Origin: Leptospiraceae bacterium
GTDB lineage: Bacteria > Spirochaetota > Leptospiria > Leptospirales > Leptonemataceae
DNA length: 64,000 bases
Direction of reading: 5' to 3'
Assembly (NCBI GenBank): GCA_040217195.1
Contig: JAVJNR010000009.1
Span: forward strand, 1-64,000
The first letter of the stretch is position 1. Every line of letters starts with the position of its first letter. Positions 30,965-41,372 of the stretch are shown here, in pieces. The position numbers and the translations under genes were made by a program. Below the pieces are notes generated by a model. It was given only the letters and a program-made list of their open reading frames with translations. It had not been told where the DNA came from and searched no databases.

Positions 30965-31394
30965 ACATTTCTGCAGTCTGGAAGAATGGAGACTGTATAG
31001 ATTCCCGTTTTCCGGTACGGGAGTTCATGGCTTGCCCTGGTATTCCGGCCGTCAGGTTCTGGTTCAGGGGATCCCGGATGCCAGTGGCCTTCGGTTTCGT
31101 CTTGTATTCTCTGGACGCTCCGATCATAGTAAGCAGTCTTCCGGTGCCTGGGAAAAAAAACCGGAAGCGGCTCTATGGCTTCGATGTAGCGAAACCAGTG
31201 CTGAGATTACTGCGGATCTGCTTACAGTACCGGGCTGCCTGCGAATTCAGGCATTGAATGAAAAAACCATCTATCTTGATTTACATCAGGATGGAGCATT
31301 GCTTTTTTCAGGAAAGGTCCATAGAAGTCTGTGGGCTCTACGAATTAAGCTGCTGCCCGGTTCACTTCGAAAGGATACAGGCTCAATTAGCTGA
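30948..31394 (+). CDS. Hypothetical protein, probable CTG start
   Basis: Frame open from 30930; CTG at 30948 lies 6 nt after GGAGG; fills the gap between truD and the next gene. Confidence 0.5.
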   Translation: MSEIYRHFCSLEEWRLYRFPFSGTGVHGLPWYSGRQVLVQGIPDASGLRFRLVFSGRSDHSKQSSGAWEKKPEAALWLRCSETSAEITADLLTVPGCLRIQALNEKTIYLDLHQDGALLFSGKVHRSLWALRIKLLPGSLRKDTGSIS

Positions 31395-31402
31395 AAGAAT
31401 GT

Positions 31403-32347
31403 ATGTCAGAAACGAAATCAGGAAATAGTATGGCAGCCTCTTTGCTCTCTCTGGCGGCCACCGCAGTCGGCCTGGCCGCTGTAGCATCTGCCGGTGTGGC
31501 GGCCTGGACCGTCCATGCAATTCATCAAAGAAAGAAAAAGGATCTTCTGGACGATTATTTCATTACTCCCTTTGAACTGGATATAGACCATGAAGAAGTA
31601 AGATTCGTAACCAGGGATCATGTTGTTTTGAAGGGTTGGTGGTTTCCTGTAAATGGTAGCGATCGCACTGTTGTGGCCATGACCGGAAGGCATGGGCGCA
31701 AAGATGATCTAATCGGAATTGGAACCGGGCTGTGGAAGAGGGGATACAACGTACTTCTGTTCGATTACCGTGCAAGAGGAGAAAGCGAGAATAGCACTGC
31801 CTCCATCGGACATTTCGAATTCGCAGATGGGGAAGCGGCTCTGGACTATGCAATGCAACGAGTGGTGCACAGGGAAGGAACTTGCAGGCCAGCATTGCTC
31901 GGTTATTCCATGGGAGGCGCCATATCTTTGCAGCTTGCGGCTATGAGACCCGAAGTAGAGACTGTGGTTGCAGACTGTCCTTTTGCCAATTTAAAACATC
32001 TGGTAGAGCTTAGATTACAGGAAAGATTTGTGCCGGTCCGCTATCTTATGCCTCTGATTGAGTTCTTGAACAGTGCGATATACAGTTATCATCTGGATGA
32101 CGTAAGTCCGTTGCGATGGGTGTCCAGAATTTCCCCCAGGCCCATACTGTTGATCCATGCAGAGAATGACAGGATCATTCCGGTGGAGGATTCCTACAAG
32201 CTCTATGAAATGGCCGGCGATCCGAAAGAATTATGGATTGAGCCAGAAGCGGACCATTGCGGAGCCTATTTTAAAGACAGAGAAGGTTATATTAAGAGGG
32301 TTTCCGATTATATGGATGGAGTGTTCGCAGGGAACTATTTCCGTTGA
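31403..32347 (+). CDS. Alpha/beta hydrolase
   Basis: N-terminal TM, LKGWW, FDYRARGES, GYSMG nucleophile elbow, IHAEND, ADH. Confidence 0.9.
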   Translation: MSETKSGNSMAASLLSLAATAVGLAAVASAGVAAWTVHAIHQRKKKDLLDDYFITPFELDIDHEEVRFVTRDHVVLKGWWFPVNGSDRTVVAMTGRHGRKDDLIGIGTGLWKRGYNVLLFDYRARGESENSTASIGHFEFADGEAALDYAMQRVVHREGTCRPALLGYSMGGAISLQLAAMRPEVETVVADCPFANLKHLVELRLQERFVPVRYLMPLIEFLNSAIYSYHLDDVSPLRWVSRISPRPILLIHAENDRIIPVEDSYKLYEMAGDPKELWIEPEADHCGAYFKDREGYIKRVSDYMDGVFAGNYFR

Positions 32348-33129
32348 AGGCAAGAAGAGCACACTGGGTTTTTTTACGAGGACTGGGGCGACAGAGCGGT
32401 CACTGGTTTCTCTTTCGTAGACTCCTGGAGAATCAGTCCCGCTATCCATTTAATGGTACTTTGCATTTTCCTGACCTGCCGGGTACTGGACTGCGAAATC
32501 AGGAGCGAAGCCCGGCTCGCATATCAGCCATCACAGAAGATCTTCGCTCCAGAACGGTGGTAGGACTGCCCCAGAATGAAATTCGCTGCCTGTTTGCGAT
32601 TTCTCTGGGAGGAATGGTGGCTCTGGACTGGCTAAATCGTCATCCAGGGGATTTTGACTTTGCATTCATTGTAAATTCCAGCCTGAAGGGGCTGAGTCCG
32701 GTTTATCAGAGAATGCGACCGGGTGCCATGGTTGATCTGGCATCGGGCATTTTTCAGGGCCTTGTGCGAAAAGATATTCAGTCAATGGAAAGCCGCGTAT
32801 TTGCCAGAAGCTGTAATCGATCCAATCCAGATGGTTTGCAAAACTGGATTGATCTACAGAGCCATTATCCTGTTCGGTTTTCGAACTTCAGCCGACAGTT
32901 ACTGGCAGCCATGCGCTTCAAATCTCCTAACCCGGATTTTAATTCTCCCATCTTTCTGGTATCCAGGAAAGATCGACTTGTGGACCCTCGCTGCAGCGAT
33001 GCATTGTTTCGAAAATACGGAAGCCCGGGAAAATACTTTGTTCATCCAACAGCCGGTCATGATCTGACCACTGACGATCCAGAAGGCACTGTAGATTTCT
33101 TGAGTCTCTATTTGCGGCAGAATTCCTGA
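32344..33129 (+). CDS. Alpha/beta hydrolase
   Basis: WVFLRGL...HW, DLPGTG, AISLGGM, DRLV, AGHDL; TTGA overlap with the previous gene. Confidence 0.85.
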   Translation: MKARRAHWVFLRGLGRQSGHWFLFRRLLENQSRYPFNGTLHFPDLPGTGLRNQERSPARISAITEDLRSRTVVGLPQNEIRCLFAISLGGMVALDWLNRHPGDFDFAFIVNSSLKGLSPVYQRMRPGAMVDLASGIFQGLVRKDIQSMESRVFARSCNRSNPDGLQNWIDLQSHYPVRFSNFSRQLLAAMRFKSPNPDFNSPIFLVSRKDRLVDPRCSDALFRKYGSPGKYFVHPTAGHDLTTDDPEGTVDFLSLYLRQNS

Positions 33130-33156
33130 TTGCAATGATCGGCGCTTTACACTGGA

Positions 33157-34137
33157 CTACAGCCAATCCTTTTCTTTTGTCATGGCCGTGCGAAATAGAT
33201 CTCGCAGGAATTTTCGGTACCTTTCAATAGTATCTTTCTTTCTCTGTCCTTCTGGATTGAAAATACTCTTTCGGTTAAAGATTCGGCCAGGCTTTTCTTT
33301 TAGATCGCTCCAGGTTCCTACTTCAAGAGTTAGAGGAAGGAATCTGGATTTCCATTTTCCGGGCTTTGCATGCAGCTTCCAGTAATGATCGTAGAATAGA
33401 TCCCAGAGATCTCCATGGGTTGTATAGGATTCGCTTTGTGGACCGAAGTTTAGCTGGCTGTGACCGGCCTGAATCTGAAAAAAACGTCCCATGGCCTGGA
33501 ACAGAGCATCGTCCCTACAGGCCTTTTTGGTGCCTGCATAAGGCCACCAGACATGGTCTACGGAACCAAATCCAGAATGTAAATCGATAACAGGAATCAG
33601 GCGATCCTTCACTTTGAAGAATGAATCATAGACAAATCGATACAGAGTTCTGGATTCAGGCTCCAGACCCTGACCGCGAAAATAGGGCAGTCGATGGCTC
33701 ACCGAATGCCCTCCAAAGAAAGGCATGGATTTTTCAGCTTCCACTCCAGAGTTTCGCATCAGATCCACCCCTGCTGGATTGGCTCTGCGTCGCATGGCAA
33801 CACCACCCGGATTTACCATGGGCAATGCATGAATGCCTATCTTACCTTTCTTGATCTCCGGGAAGAAATCCGGATTCTTCAGGCAATGGTAGAGGAAGTC
33901 CAGCAGAATGCGAATTCCTATGGTTTCCAGCCCATGGACTCCAGCCACAATGCCTACCGGGGTCTTCTTCAGTGCGGCCGGTGTGCCAATGCTCAATCCA
34001 TAAATTGGGAAGCGAAAACCATTTTCGGCCTTACGCGAAAACCCATGTTGATGGATGGAAACAAGTTTTTCATCCGTTTGTGCAATTTCCAGGATTCGCT
34101 TTTCGAATCGATGTAATCGGCGGAGCCCACGAAGCAT
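33157..34137 (-). CDS. M14 zinc carboxypeptidase family (DUF2817-like)
   Basis: GVHGLE (HxxE), VNPGG, R.NP.GVDLMRN, DLHSGFG, LTLEVG. Confidence 0.85.
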   Translation of the reverse strand: MLRGLRRLHRFEKRILEIAQTDEKLVSIHQHGFSRKAENGFRFPIYGLSIGTPAALKKTPVGIVAGVHGLETIGIRILLDFLYHCLKNPDFFPEIKKGKIGIHALPMVNPGGVAMRRRANPAGVDLMRNSGVEAEKSMPFFGGHSVSHRLPYFRGQGLEPESRTLYRFVYDSFFKVKDRLIPVIDLHSGFGSVDHVWWPYAGTKKACRDDALFQAMGRFFQIQAGHSQLNFGPQSESYTTHGDLWDLFYDHYWKLHAKPGKWKSRFLPLTLEVGTWSDLKEKPGRIFNRKSIFNPEGQRKKDTIERYRKFLRDLFRTAMTKEKDWL

Positions 34138-34170
34138 TCTGTGGGTACAAAGTCAGAATGCTCTGTGGTG

Positions 34171-35982
34171 TCAGTCCTTTTCCTTGATCATGGCCTTTAG
34201 ATAGGGCAACGCTCTTTGAAGCATATAGTCCGGACGTACTGCATCGTTTTCATGTTCTTTCAGATATTGTTCAGCGTTCCCGTGGTTTACTTTCTTCTGT
34301 AGAGCCTGCACCCATTTCTGACGGTCCACATCGGGATCTTTTTCTGCCAGTTTGGGGAGATGGTGCCACATATCCTCTTCTCTGAATCGAAGTGGGAACT
34401 CACCATCCTTTTGATCTGAAATACGAATGTCTGGTTGAACTCCATGCACTTGCACGGTGTAACCATTGGGGGCATAGTAACGAGCAATAGTTAATTTCAC
34501 CAGATATGGAGCGCTATTGGTTTCTAGAGGCTGGATTTGCTGCACGGTTGCTTTTCCAAACGTTCGATCTCCTACAATCAAAGCTCGGTCGTAATCCTGC
34601 AGAGCCGATGCCATAATCTCACTTGCACTGGCCGAGCCTGCATCCACAAGAACCATCAAAGGTAGATTGTCCGAAACGATGGGGTATCCGTCGCTTTCCA
34701 GGTCCCGAGTACTACGATTGGATTTCAAGGAGGTTACAACTCTCTCCGCTTCCATGAACAATCCAGTGACTCGCACCGCTTCGCCCAGATCGCCGCCAGG
34801 ATTGTTTCTTAAGTCTATGATCAGCCCGGCCGGTTGTCCTCCCGCTTCCTTCTTAATGTCCTCATAGGCTTCTCGCACCATGGCGGTGATGGGAGTTTCA
34901 TGAAATAGAAAGGAGCGGATGTGAATAATTCCGATGTTATGGTCTTTAAGATAGGTTGAGTCTACAGCTTTACGCTCAATCACATCCCGTTCAATTTTGA
35001 TTTCTCGAGTGGTTAGATCTGTGGGACGGTCCACTTCCAGAGAGACTACGGTGCCTCTGGGGCCTCGAATCCGTTTTACAACCTCGCGCAAGGAAAGATT
35101 CGATATGCTTTTTCCATCCACTTTACGAATTATATCGCCTGCTTTCAGACCGGAGCGCAGAGCCGGAGAGCCAGGGAATGGGGTTTCTACAATTACATCC
35201 TCTTCATCGCCGCCTCGCAAAATGGCTCCAATCCCTTCAAAAGTGGCATCCTCGGATTCCTTGCGGATTTTTTCCCATACTTTGCTATCCAGCAGATCCG
35301 CATGGGGATCGAAACTCTTCAGAAAGCCACGGGCAGCCTGAAAGTAATAGTAGTTCATGGCAGGAGGACTGGTAGGTTTCTCCTCATCTTCCTGCTCTTC
35401 CGTTGCCGGGCCGGTGGCAGTGCCATATCTTAGCCGATTTTCCTGTATCCAGGACATCACTTTTGTGAATTCCCGGCCATCAAAACCAGTGGCAGCCCAC
35501 ATTTCATCCAGGGCTTTTCTCTGCTGTTGCTGCTTTTCCTTTAGAAGCCTGGCTTCCTTTTCCCGCTGATCCTGATTCAGAGAGTCCCATTTCTGCTTCT
35601 GAATGGCATCCCGCTTTTCCTTGATCTTTTCTACCTGGGATGCATCTATCTGGAATATAACATACTGATCGGTCCAGGGAAGCTTCAGCACTTTGCCAGG
35701 CATTGCAACTCCATAGGGTGCAAATTCCTTGCGACGATCTATATAGTCCGCCGGTAGAAGTTCCAGAGGTGCAGGCATGGAACCGATGGCTGAACGGGCC
35801 GCATCCACATAGCCCCGGTCTTGATCAATGGACCTGCGATCCAGGTAGTTGATCTGTGCATAGGTAAGTACACGGCTAAAATCCGTGGGGCCAAAATCTC
35901 CTGGTACGGCCTGAACAGCGCCAGGCAGCCCGAAGGTCAGAAGAAAGGTAATGAGAACTGGTTTGCAAAGTCTTGCTATCAT
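34171..35982 (-). CDS. S41 C-terminal processing protease with PDZ domain
   Basis: DPH, FEGIGA, SPALRSGL..GD, DLRNNPGG, SASASEI, TFGKATVQ, ARYY.P.G; ATG 35982 gives a signal peptide. Confidence 0.92.
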   Translation of the reverse strand: MIARLCKPVLITFLLTFGLPGAVQAVPGDFGPTDFSRVLTYAQINYLDRRSIDQDRGYVDAARSAIGSMPAPLELLPADYIDRRKEFAPYGVAMPGKVLKLPWTDQYVIFQIDASQVEKIKEKRDAIQKQKWDSLNQDQREKEARLLKEKQQQQRKALDEMWAATGFDGREFTKVMSWIQENRLRYGTATGPATEEQEDEEKPTSPPAMNYYYFQAARGFLKSFDPHADLLDSKVWEKIRKESEDATFEGIGAILRGGDEEDVIVETPFPGSPALRSGLKAGDIIRKVDGKSISNLSLREVVKRIRGPRGTVVSLEVDRPTDLTTREIKIERDVIERKAVDSTYLKDHNIGIIHIRSFLFHETPITAMVREAYEDIKKEAGGQPAGLIIDLRNNPGGDLGEAVRVTGLFMEAERVVTSLKSNRSTRDLESDGYPIVSDNLPLMVLVDAGSASASEIMASALQDYDRALIVGDRTFGKATVQQIQPLETNSAPYLVKLTIARYYAPNGYTVQVHGVQPDIRISDQKDGEFPLRFREEDMWHHLPKLAEKDPDVDRQKWVQALQKKVNHGNAEQYLKEHENDAVRPDYMLQRALPYLKAMIKEKD

Positions 35983-36230
35983 GGTGGTCAGCTTCCAATG
36001 TACAGACGTGGCCGGTAGGCTGTCAGTTTTATTTTTAAAGGTTCCAGCATCCAACCATTGGACTGGAAAAACCCACTTCCTGTTCCAGCTTTTCTGATTC
36101 AGGTGCTTTAGGGCGGTCCATTGCGGCTTCCCAATCGGGTAAAAGGGTAGAGAATCGGAGATAGAAACGCACATAGGCCGGAATTTAAAAAAAGGTCGAC
36201 GGAGGAAGGCCGGGCCCTGGTCTTTCCGTA

Positions 36231-37286
36231 ATGATTCGAACCACTGCAAAAGTCCTTATTTCTGTAGCAATGATGTCCTTTCTGGCCTGCCAGGGGGGAG
36301 AAAAGCAGGGACCATCCCCGGAAAAACAAAAAGAACTATTTAATCAAACCAATCAGGAAGATCTGAAGCCCACTATCTGGGACACAGGCGATACTACGAT
36401 TACGAACGAAGATCGTCTGGATCTTTTTGAATCCCATGTTAAGGACAGAGGCGGTGCCTACGTAGGTGTAGGATCTACCCAGAACTTTACTCTGGCGGCC
36501 TGGGCCAAATCCGAATGGATCTGGCTTATGGACTTTACCCGGGTTGTGGTGGCTACAAACAAGATTCATATTGCATTTCTTCAGGAATGCCCTACACCGG
36601 CTGAATTTCGCAAACTCTGGGAACCAGGATCCAAGACTCGTGCGCTGGAAGTGATCGAAAAGCATTATGCCGGGCAGCCGGATTATGATCTGATTCGCAA
36701 AGCCTGGAGCATTTCCGGCCCTTTCCAGCGCCGAAGATTTCGCTATGACGATGTGATTCATGAGAAATTCCAATTCCACGGATGGCTCAATAGCAAAGAA
36801 ACCTATGACCATATTCGTGGTCTGGCTCTTAAAGGAAGGATTCAGGCGGTTCGCGGGGATCTGAAAGGCCCTACCACCGTAAAGTCTATCGCCGAGCAGG
36901 CCAAGAAAATGGGTATAGTATTTCGTATGGTGTATTACTCCAATGCAGAAGAGTATTTCCCTCTGGGTGATGATTTTCGCAGTAACTGGACTTCCATCCC
37001 GGTGGATGAGAAATCTTTGATTGTTCGGACTATTTCTGTCTATCGTGGTCAGCTTCCCTGGGCTCCCGGATCCGAGCTTTCCACAGATCGTGGATTCCAC
37101 TATGTCTTACAGAGCGCCCCTCATTTTCAGAAATGGTTGAATGTGGGCAAAGAAGGACTGCGAATTGAAGACATAGTTCGCACTGGCAAAACAGATAAAG
37201 AGAACGGGATTACAATTATCGAAGGTAGCACTCCAATTCCTGAGGAATTCAAAGCTCCTGCTTCTGCTGAACCTGCCGCCCAATAA
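36231..37286 (+). CDS. Lipoprotein of unknown function, possibly methyltransferase-like fold
   Basis: Lipobox FLA-C; TNE, GGAYVGVG..QN, Y.SNAEEY recall the leptospiral LIC_10091-type family (from memory). Confidence 0.6.
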   Translation: MIRTTAKVLISVAMMSFLACQGGEKQGPSPEKQKELFNQTNQEDLKPTIWDTGDTTITNEDRLDLFESHVKDRGGAYVGVGSTQNFTLAAWAKSEWIWLMDFTRVVVATNKIHIAFLQECPTPAEFRKLWEPGSKTRALEVIEKHYAGQPDYDLIRKAWSISGPFQRRRFRYDDVIHEKFQFHGWLNSKETYDHIRGLALKGRIQAVRGDLKGPTTVKSIAEQAKKMGIVFRMVYYSNAEEYFPLGDDFRSNWTSIPVDEKSLIVRTISVYRGQLPWAPGSELSTDRGFHYVLQSAPHFQKWLNVGKEGLRIEDIVRTGKTDKENGITIIEGSTPIPEEFKAPASAEPAAQ

Positions 37287-37293
37287 GGACCGT

Positions 37294-38397
37294 ATGAAAA
37301 GGTACTTCCTGTATTTTGCACTTCTGTGCATTCTTTTGATTATTTCCTGTACCGGCGCCTCTACAAAGGAGTCGGTGCCCGAAAAAACTGAATCGTTGCC
37401 GGCCAACTACACTGTACATCTGAAGTTCATCAAGCGAATCAAAACAGATGCACAGCCCAAACAGGTTTGCCTCCATCCTGAAAGAAATGAATTCTATGTT
37501 GTGAATCTGAACAATGGAGGAGGGGCCATCACCAAAAAGCTGGGGCCCGGTACTCTGCAGATCTTTTCCCTGGATACATTGGAATTGCTCCATGTGGAGC
37601 CTGCCCGCACCGCCGTCGAATGCTTCATAGTTCAAAAGGATCGGCTGCTTTATTCCGATATGTTTCGCGACGAAGTGGTGCACTTTGATCTGGCTCAGAG
37701 AAAGGTTCTATCCAGAAGCCCCATCAAACCAGATTCCATTCGCAACTTTGGTGGTACCGAATACCGATTCATGCCCAAGATTATTGAGCCGATCTCTGAT
37801 TCCCAGGCACTCGTTACTTTATGGCTGGGTGGTATGGCGCGAATCGACTTTCAGCAGGGTAAACTAATCAAGCATTTCGAGAAATTCTGTGCTCTGCCCA
37901 GAGGAATACTTCCCATTCCCAATAGCACAGATGTTTATATAATGTGTTATGGCATCCCCCATGGGCCGGGAGAAATCGTGCGTTTAAATATCGAAACCGG
38001 GAAGGTAACATCAAGAATTCCCACCGGCGGCTCGCCCCGGCATGTGGTGGCTCTCAAGGATGGTACAGCTCTAATTAGTAACTTGAATTCAGGCCAGATA
38101 TATCACTTTGATCCAGCCACAGGTAAATTCTTACACAAGATGTATCTGGGTGGTGGAATCAATACCATTGATGTGGATCCTTCCGGTAGATTTCTGTTTA
38201 TCTCCCAGCGGGAGCTGGATCTAGTTTCCGTAGTCGATACCCGTACATGGAAAGTAATTCTAAAGCAAAAAGTGGGGGACTATCCCACGGGTCTGGATGT
38301 CTCTTACGATGGCCGTTACCTGGCAGTAACCAATTTTCATGAAGCCAGTATGGATCTATTTGAAATCGAATACGCACCGATCAAAGAAAGTCCTTGA
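37294..38397 (+). CDS. YncE/YVTN-type beta-propeller lipoprotein
   Basis: Lipobox IIS-C; repeated blades PTGGSPRHV, VDPSGRFLFIS, VGDYPTGLDVSYDGRYLAVTN. Confidence 0.85.
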   Translation: MKRYFLYFALLCILLIISCTGASTKESVPEKTESLPANYTVHLKFIKRIKTDAQPKQVCLHPERNEFYVVNLNNGGGAITKKLGPGTLQIFSLDTLELLHVEPARTAVECFIVQKDRLLYSDMFRDEVVHFDLAQRKVLSRSPIKPDSIRNFGGTEYRFMPKIIEPISDSQALVTLWLGGMARIDFQQGKLIKHFEKFCALPRGILPIPNSTDVYIMCYGIPHGPGEIVRLNIETGKVTSRIPTGGSPRHVVALKDGTALISNLNSGQIYHFDPATGKFLHKMYLGGGINTIDVDPSGRFLFISQRELDLVSVVDTRTWKVILKQKVGDYPTGLDVSYDGRYLAVTNFHEASMDLFEIEYAPIKESP

Positions 38398-38633
38398 GCT
38401 ATCTTTCTGCCTGACTTATCCCTGATTCTGTAAATTTACTGGATCTGCTCTCTGGCGAAAATCGGGCAGGAGTCATGCCTGCAGCAATCTGGATTACTGA
38501 ACGGATGATTCCGTAAGCTCGGTGCATGCGAACTGGCTGCCTAACTGTAAGCTTCCCTGTGCATTCTATGGAAAAAAGGCAAACCGTTTTGTAGGAATCT
38601 TAGTCTACTTAGAATGGTCCGGATTGGTCTGCC

Positions 38634-39242
38634 ATGAAGCATCTATTTCTAATATCCACTTTCTCGTTTTCGCTTCTACTTTCCTGCGTTCAGTTTCAGA
38701 TAAACGAGCATAGACAAACCATGCCAGACCAGAAAACCGAAAGCTGCGAACTTCCAGCCATGCAACCGGAATTTGTAAACTTTCATATGGCCAACTGGCC
38801 GGATGCACAGAAGTCGATTCTGGAGCAGTTACAATCCAGGCCATCTCTTTTACCTATTTCAGATGGCCGCATGCGTCTTCGAATCATCATCGAAGGATTT
38901 CCCACCGGGAAGCATCATGCAGACTTTATGGAAGGTGACCCCTATGCCTTTACCTGGAGACGATTGAGTCAGGCGGCCTTTCGATGGAGTTTTGGAATAA
39001 TACCTATATACGAACCCAGAGAGCGAACCTTTAGTTTTCAGGTCTGGGATGGATCTCGCAAACTTCGGGAATACAAATACGTAAATCAATTCCATGTTCT
39101 GGTGGGCCTGCCAGCAATCCTGGCTGTTCCTTTCGTGGACTCCCGTAGCATCGAGGAAGAGGCCGTTCAGGCAACGTCCTACTTTCTGGAAGATGCCTGT
39201 TTTCATCCGGTTTATGCTCTTGCTCTGGATTCAGAAGATTAA
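38634..39242 (+). CDS. Hypothetical lipoprotein
   Basis: Lipobox LLS-C; shares motif order with the next gene. Confidence 0.65.
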   Translation: MKHLFLISTFSFSLLLSCVQFQINEHRQTMPDQKTESCELPAMQPEFVNFHMANWPDAQKSILEQLQSRPSLLPISDGRMRLRIIIEGFPTGKHHADFMEGDPYAFTWRRLSQAAFRWSFGIIPIYEPRERTFSFQVWDGSRKLREYKYVNQFHVLVGLPAILAVPFVDSRSIEEEAVQATSYFLEDACFHPVYALALDSED

Positions 39243-39258
39243 TCCATGGAGAACCTGG

Positions 39259-39945
39259 ATGGGATTTAGTTTTCGCAGGGCTGCCCTACCTGTATTGCTC
39301 TGCATACTTTTCTTTGCTGCAGGATGTATTGGTTTTGCCTACCAGGACGTTCGCACCATGGGTCTTTCTTACCAGGATTCTTTCGCGCCGTTGCATCCGA
39401 ATTCAGCCAGGTCCGAAAATACCAGAACGGATTTAGCTGCGAAGCAAACCGATACTGATTCCCGGGACGAAAAGACCGACCCCGGCAAATCTTCTGGCCG
39501 AAACAACTCTTCCGAAGGCAATCTCTGCCATTTCCACATTAACTATGTTGGATGGACCTACTTCCCGGAGGACCGGGAGCTTTTTGCCCGGACACTACAG
39601 GAAAATGGAATCCGCTCGGAGCCTTCCTCCTCGTTATTGCTTGAGATCACCCTGGAGCAAACAGACATTACACCACTCTGGCGAAGACTTCCCAATGTAG
39701 TCCTTACCGTATTTACTTCCACTCTCTTTCCTCTGGTGGAATACTTTGAGTATGAACTGACTTTTCGTTTGATATCTGCAGACCGGGCTGTACTACTGCG
39801 AAAGTACAGGTTAATGAGTCATACAATTCTCAGTGGCCTGGTAACTCCCCTAACTCCATTTTATTATCCACCCACCGCTCGCAGGGAAGCTCTGGCAGAA
39901 GCGGCAACGGACTTTGCTCCCTATTGCCATACGTTTTTCCATTGA
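39259..39945 (+). CDS. Hypothetical lipoprotein, paralog of the previous gene
   Basis: ATG 39259, lipobox AAG-C; WRRL...P...TF...R.Y...H..L.G...PF. Confidence 0.65.
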   Translation: MGFSFRRAALPVLLCILFFAAGCIGFAYQDVRTMGLSYQDSFAPLHPNSARSENTRTDLAAKQTDTDSRDEKTDPGKSSGRNNSSEGNLCHFHINYVGWTYFPEDRELFARTLQENGIRSEPSSSLLLEITLEQTDITPLWRRLPNVVLTVFTSTLFPLVEYFEYELTFRLISADRAVLLRKYRLMSHTILSGLVTPLTPFYYPPTARREALAEAATDFAPYCHTFFH

Positions 39946-39974
39946 GCTACTGGACTGGTAGAGCAAAAAAGACC

Positions 39975-41366
39975 ATGCTGGGACTCAGATTGCAAGGACA
40001 GATAATCATTTTATTTTCCTCTGTTTTATTTGCCTGTTCCGGGGATCGTAAGAATACTCCATCGCCTGTAGCTTTCGAGGAGGTGCGAAAGGACTTATTT
40101 TTACGAGGCAACCTCGGGCCATTCTATGAAAAGCTGAAATCTCTGGAGGACTCCCAGGATGGAAGGTTTTCTTTCAGAGATAATCATGAGGAACGATCCC
40201 TCCGTGTAATCTTTTTTGGAGATTCTGTTATCTGGGGGGATTGCCTCACCGTTCGCTTAAAAAGACGGTTTCATGAAACGTTTGGAGATGGAGGCAGAGG
40301 ATTGCTTCGCTTTGTAGACTGGGCCCCCACGCGATTAATGGATCATCAAAATCTTACCCGGGGTGGATTCGAAAAAAAGAAAATACCCTTCGAGTCTTTC
40401 GATGTACCCACTTTTCCGGAACTGGGATTTACCGGTTTTTCGCATAGGCCTACCGGGCCCGGAGCCCGAACCATCCAGGAACCTGCACCCAGAACGCCCA
40501 TATCTGATGTAATAAGATATCAAAACTACAGAAAGCGTAACCCTTCCGCCCCTGACATTCCGGAGGTGGATTCTCCCAGAAATGCCAGATATGGAACCAA
40601 TGGAGAATCCTGGAAAAAGGTAAGACTAATTCTGCGCCAGGGAGAAGACAGCCAGGCCAGAGCTCAACTGACCTATCGCACGGAAGAGGGCTCTTTGGAA
40701 TCCATGACCAGGGAAATTGAGTTTCAGGGACAGTGCCAATCCGTAGAATTCTCAATCCCTCCTTCCAGACGAATTGAGATGAGCTTCGAGGGAACTCCCT
40801 ATATCGATTCACTTGCAGTAGAAACCGATGAAGGGATTTCTTTCAGCGCCGTAGTCATGAGGGGATTGCACCAGGCCTGGCTACTGGGTATTCCAGAAGA
40901 GCAGTTTATCTGCGGTTACCGCAAATTTGCGCCGGATTTACTAATTTTTCAGTTTGGAATCAACGAATCCCAGACTCTTCATTATTCGGTTCAGGGATTT
41001 AATGCAGAGTTATATGAACGACAGTTAAGAACCCTGTATTCCCGTATTCAAAAAGCAGTGCCCCACACTTCGATCTTAATTCTGGGACCCTGGGATCGTT
41101 TCTTGAAACAGGGCGGCTATTTTCAGCCCTATGAGGCTCATTCCAGGGTACGGGAGATTCAGAAGCGTGTTGCCTTTGATATGGGCCTGGCCTACTTTGA
41201 TGGCTATGAATTGCTGGGCGGAACAGATGGATTGCGTAAAGCGGTTAGTCGCGGGCTTATCCAGTCAGACTATACCCACGTAACCTATCCCGGTGGACAT
41301 TATATGGCCGATGCACTTTTTAAGCAGTTGATTGACGATTACGGGGAGTGGAAGAAGAATCAGTAA
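39975..41366 (+). CDS. GDSL/SGNH protein, PatB/Ape-like O-acetyltransferase or esterase
   Basis: FFGDS, FGDGGRG, QFGINE, D..H (SDYTH); lipobox LFA-C. Confidence 0.75.
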   Translation: MLGLRLQGQIIILFSSVLFACSGDRKNTPSPVAFEEVRKDLFLRGNLGPFYEKLKSLEDSQDGRFSFRDNHEERSLRVIFFGDSVIWGDCLTVRLKRRFHETFGDGGRGLLRFVDWAPTRLMDHQNLTRGGFEKKKIPFESFDVPTFPELGFTGFSHRPTGPGARTIQEPAPRTPISDVIRYQNYRKRNPSAPDIPEVDSPRNARYGTNGESWKKVRLILRQGEDSQARAQLTYRTEEGSLESMTREIEFQGQCQSVEFSIPPSRRIEMSFEGTPYIDSLAVETDEGISFSAVVMRGLHQAWLLGIPEEQFICGYRKFAPDLLIFQFGINESQTLHYSVQGFNAELYERQLRTLYSRIQKAVPHTSILILGPWDRFLKQGGYFQPYEAHSRVREIQKRVAFDMGLAYFDGYELLGGTDGLRKAVSRGLIQSDYTHVTYPGGHYMADALFKQLIDDYGEWKKNQ

Positions 41367-41372
41367 GCCCTA

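Noticed and set aside
35983..36249. N-terminal extensions in the ORF track (S41, TraB 11718, 28557, 39094, 57813)
   Set aside because: They overlap neighbouring genes or promoter regions; downstream starts give proper signal peptides or SD sites
38575..38620. GGCAAACC as the start of a c-di-GMP-I riboswitch
   Set aside because: Lacks the GNRA-capped stem and the following GACGCAAA/second hairpin
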